Shown in pieces: positions 62,781 through 64,000 of a stretch of DNA of 64,000 nucleotides (positions are counted from its first letter, which is position 1; every line of letters starts with the position of its first letter). A program made the position numbers and the translations under genes. The stretch lies in the NCBI GenBank assembly GCA_964188305.1, contig OZ076894.1; one strand, written 5' to 3'. A model generated the notes under the pieces. The model searched no databases. It saw only the letters and a program-made list of their open reading frames with translations, and was not told where the DNA came from. This DNA is from Podarcis bocagei (taxonomy: Eukaryota).

Positions 62781-64000
62781 GGCCAGCTTATATATAATTA
62801 GTTCTTTTGTTCTTTTAGATGGTGCAGATTCAAGGTGAACTGAATGAGGTAGAATGTTTGGGGTGACAATGAGGTTGTCTGGACCATCCTTATATGTCGT
62901 CACAACTGCACCAGATGCACCATGCACTTTACTGTCATGGCTTCCCCCAATGCATCCTGGGAACTGTGCTTCCTTAAGAGTTGTTAGCAGATCCCTCTTC
63001 CCCTCACGGAACCACAATTCCCAAGAGTTCCTTAGAAAGTTGGATTGATTGTTAAGCCAATGAGAACATTTTTATTTTAAAAAAACAACCCATTAAAAAC
63101 AGCAATAATAGTTAAAAACAGCCACATACCCTCACAACTAAAATAAATTCAGGGTTGCTGGGAACAATATATTTCAGACATCAAATCCCTGGGTGAACAG
63201 AAATGTTTTAAAAGCCTTCCTCTTGAGTCCTATAGAGGAAGAGTAGGATGGCTAGACTTCACTGAGTATGAAACAGAGATGGTATCACAGGGTGCCGGCC
63301 AACATGGTGGGCCTGCAAGTACCTCCTGTGGTGTCTCTTCTGGTCTTGTCTGCACTGGCTGAGCATCTCCTACATTGAATATGCTTCCTCAGACAGGTCC
63401 ACCTTTCAGTGGATTCCAGGATTGGACACCCATCCTTACTTGCCACACCTCCCACAGCAGCTATTTTATGAAGGTCACCCACAGCTAGGTTTGGATGAGT
63501 CTTCCAATGTTTGTTTCTCTCAATTGGGGGGGGGGGACTATTCATTTCAGTTTTCCATATTTCCGCATTAGTTAGTTTGTTTTTTTAAAAAAAGAAGTCC
63601 TGGTGAAAATTCATCAGCATTTTAGTTCAAATTTCTTCTAATATATCCATGTTTGTATGCAATTTTCCCCGAGGTATACATTTTTGCATAGCAACTTTCC
63701 CTGATACAATGCGTTTTTGAATGTTCTTTTCATTTTTACCCAAGCAAATGCATTTTTGCACATGCTTATTGACCGGCATTGCAAAATCTGGAGATCTGTG
63801 AATTTTGAAGTATGGATGTGTTCCGGTTTGTGTGTTGTTTTAGGAACTGTGAATTGCATAATTTTACCTTTCAATGTGAGCTCAGTCAAATTCTTCCCAC
63901 ATCCCTATGCACAGCACTGTCTCAAAATTCCAAATGTGCCCACTGGATCTTAAAGGTTGGTTCAGAGGATGCTCTCTGTTAGTAAGCAATAGATAGACAC

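Overview
Vertebrate nuclear DNA from a squamate reptile. Sauria/Squam1 SINEs, Squam3 SINEs, BovB, CR1, L2 and Tc1/hAT MITEs point to a lizard, probably a lacertid (inference). The only host coding sequence I recognise is exon 1 of glycine N-methyltransferase (GNMT; minus strand, 34658-34453, 206 nt of CDS) in a CpG-rich promoter region. By eye I could not find GNMT exons 2-6 in the 34.4 kb downstream. The rest is intronic or intergenic and dense in transposons, including a very young 5'-truncated CR1 with an uninterrupted RT frame. The most unusual signal is a set of six solo LTRs from three families, all starting TGTCAGGGA with 5-bp TSDs. In most of them a reading frame begins at LTR nucleotide 2. 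In the three-copy family it runs about 110 codons, covers three quarters of the LTR, ends in a conserved Arg/Lys-rich NLS-like peptide and is followed directly by a conserved hairpin. A 1.18-kb complete non-autonomous L1-type retroposon carrying CTCF and YY1 motifs at its 5' end is also present. All calls were made by eye, without database searches.
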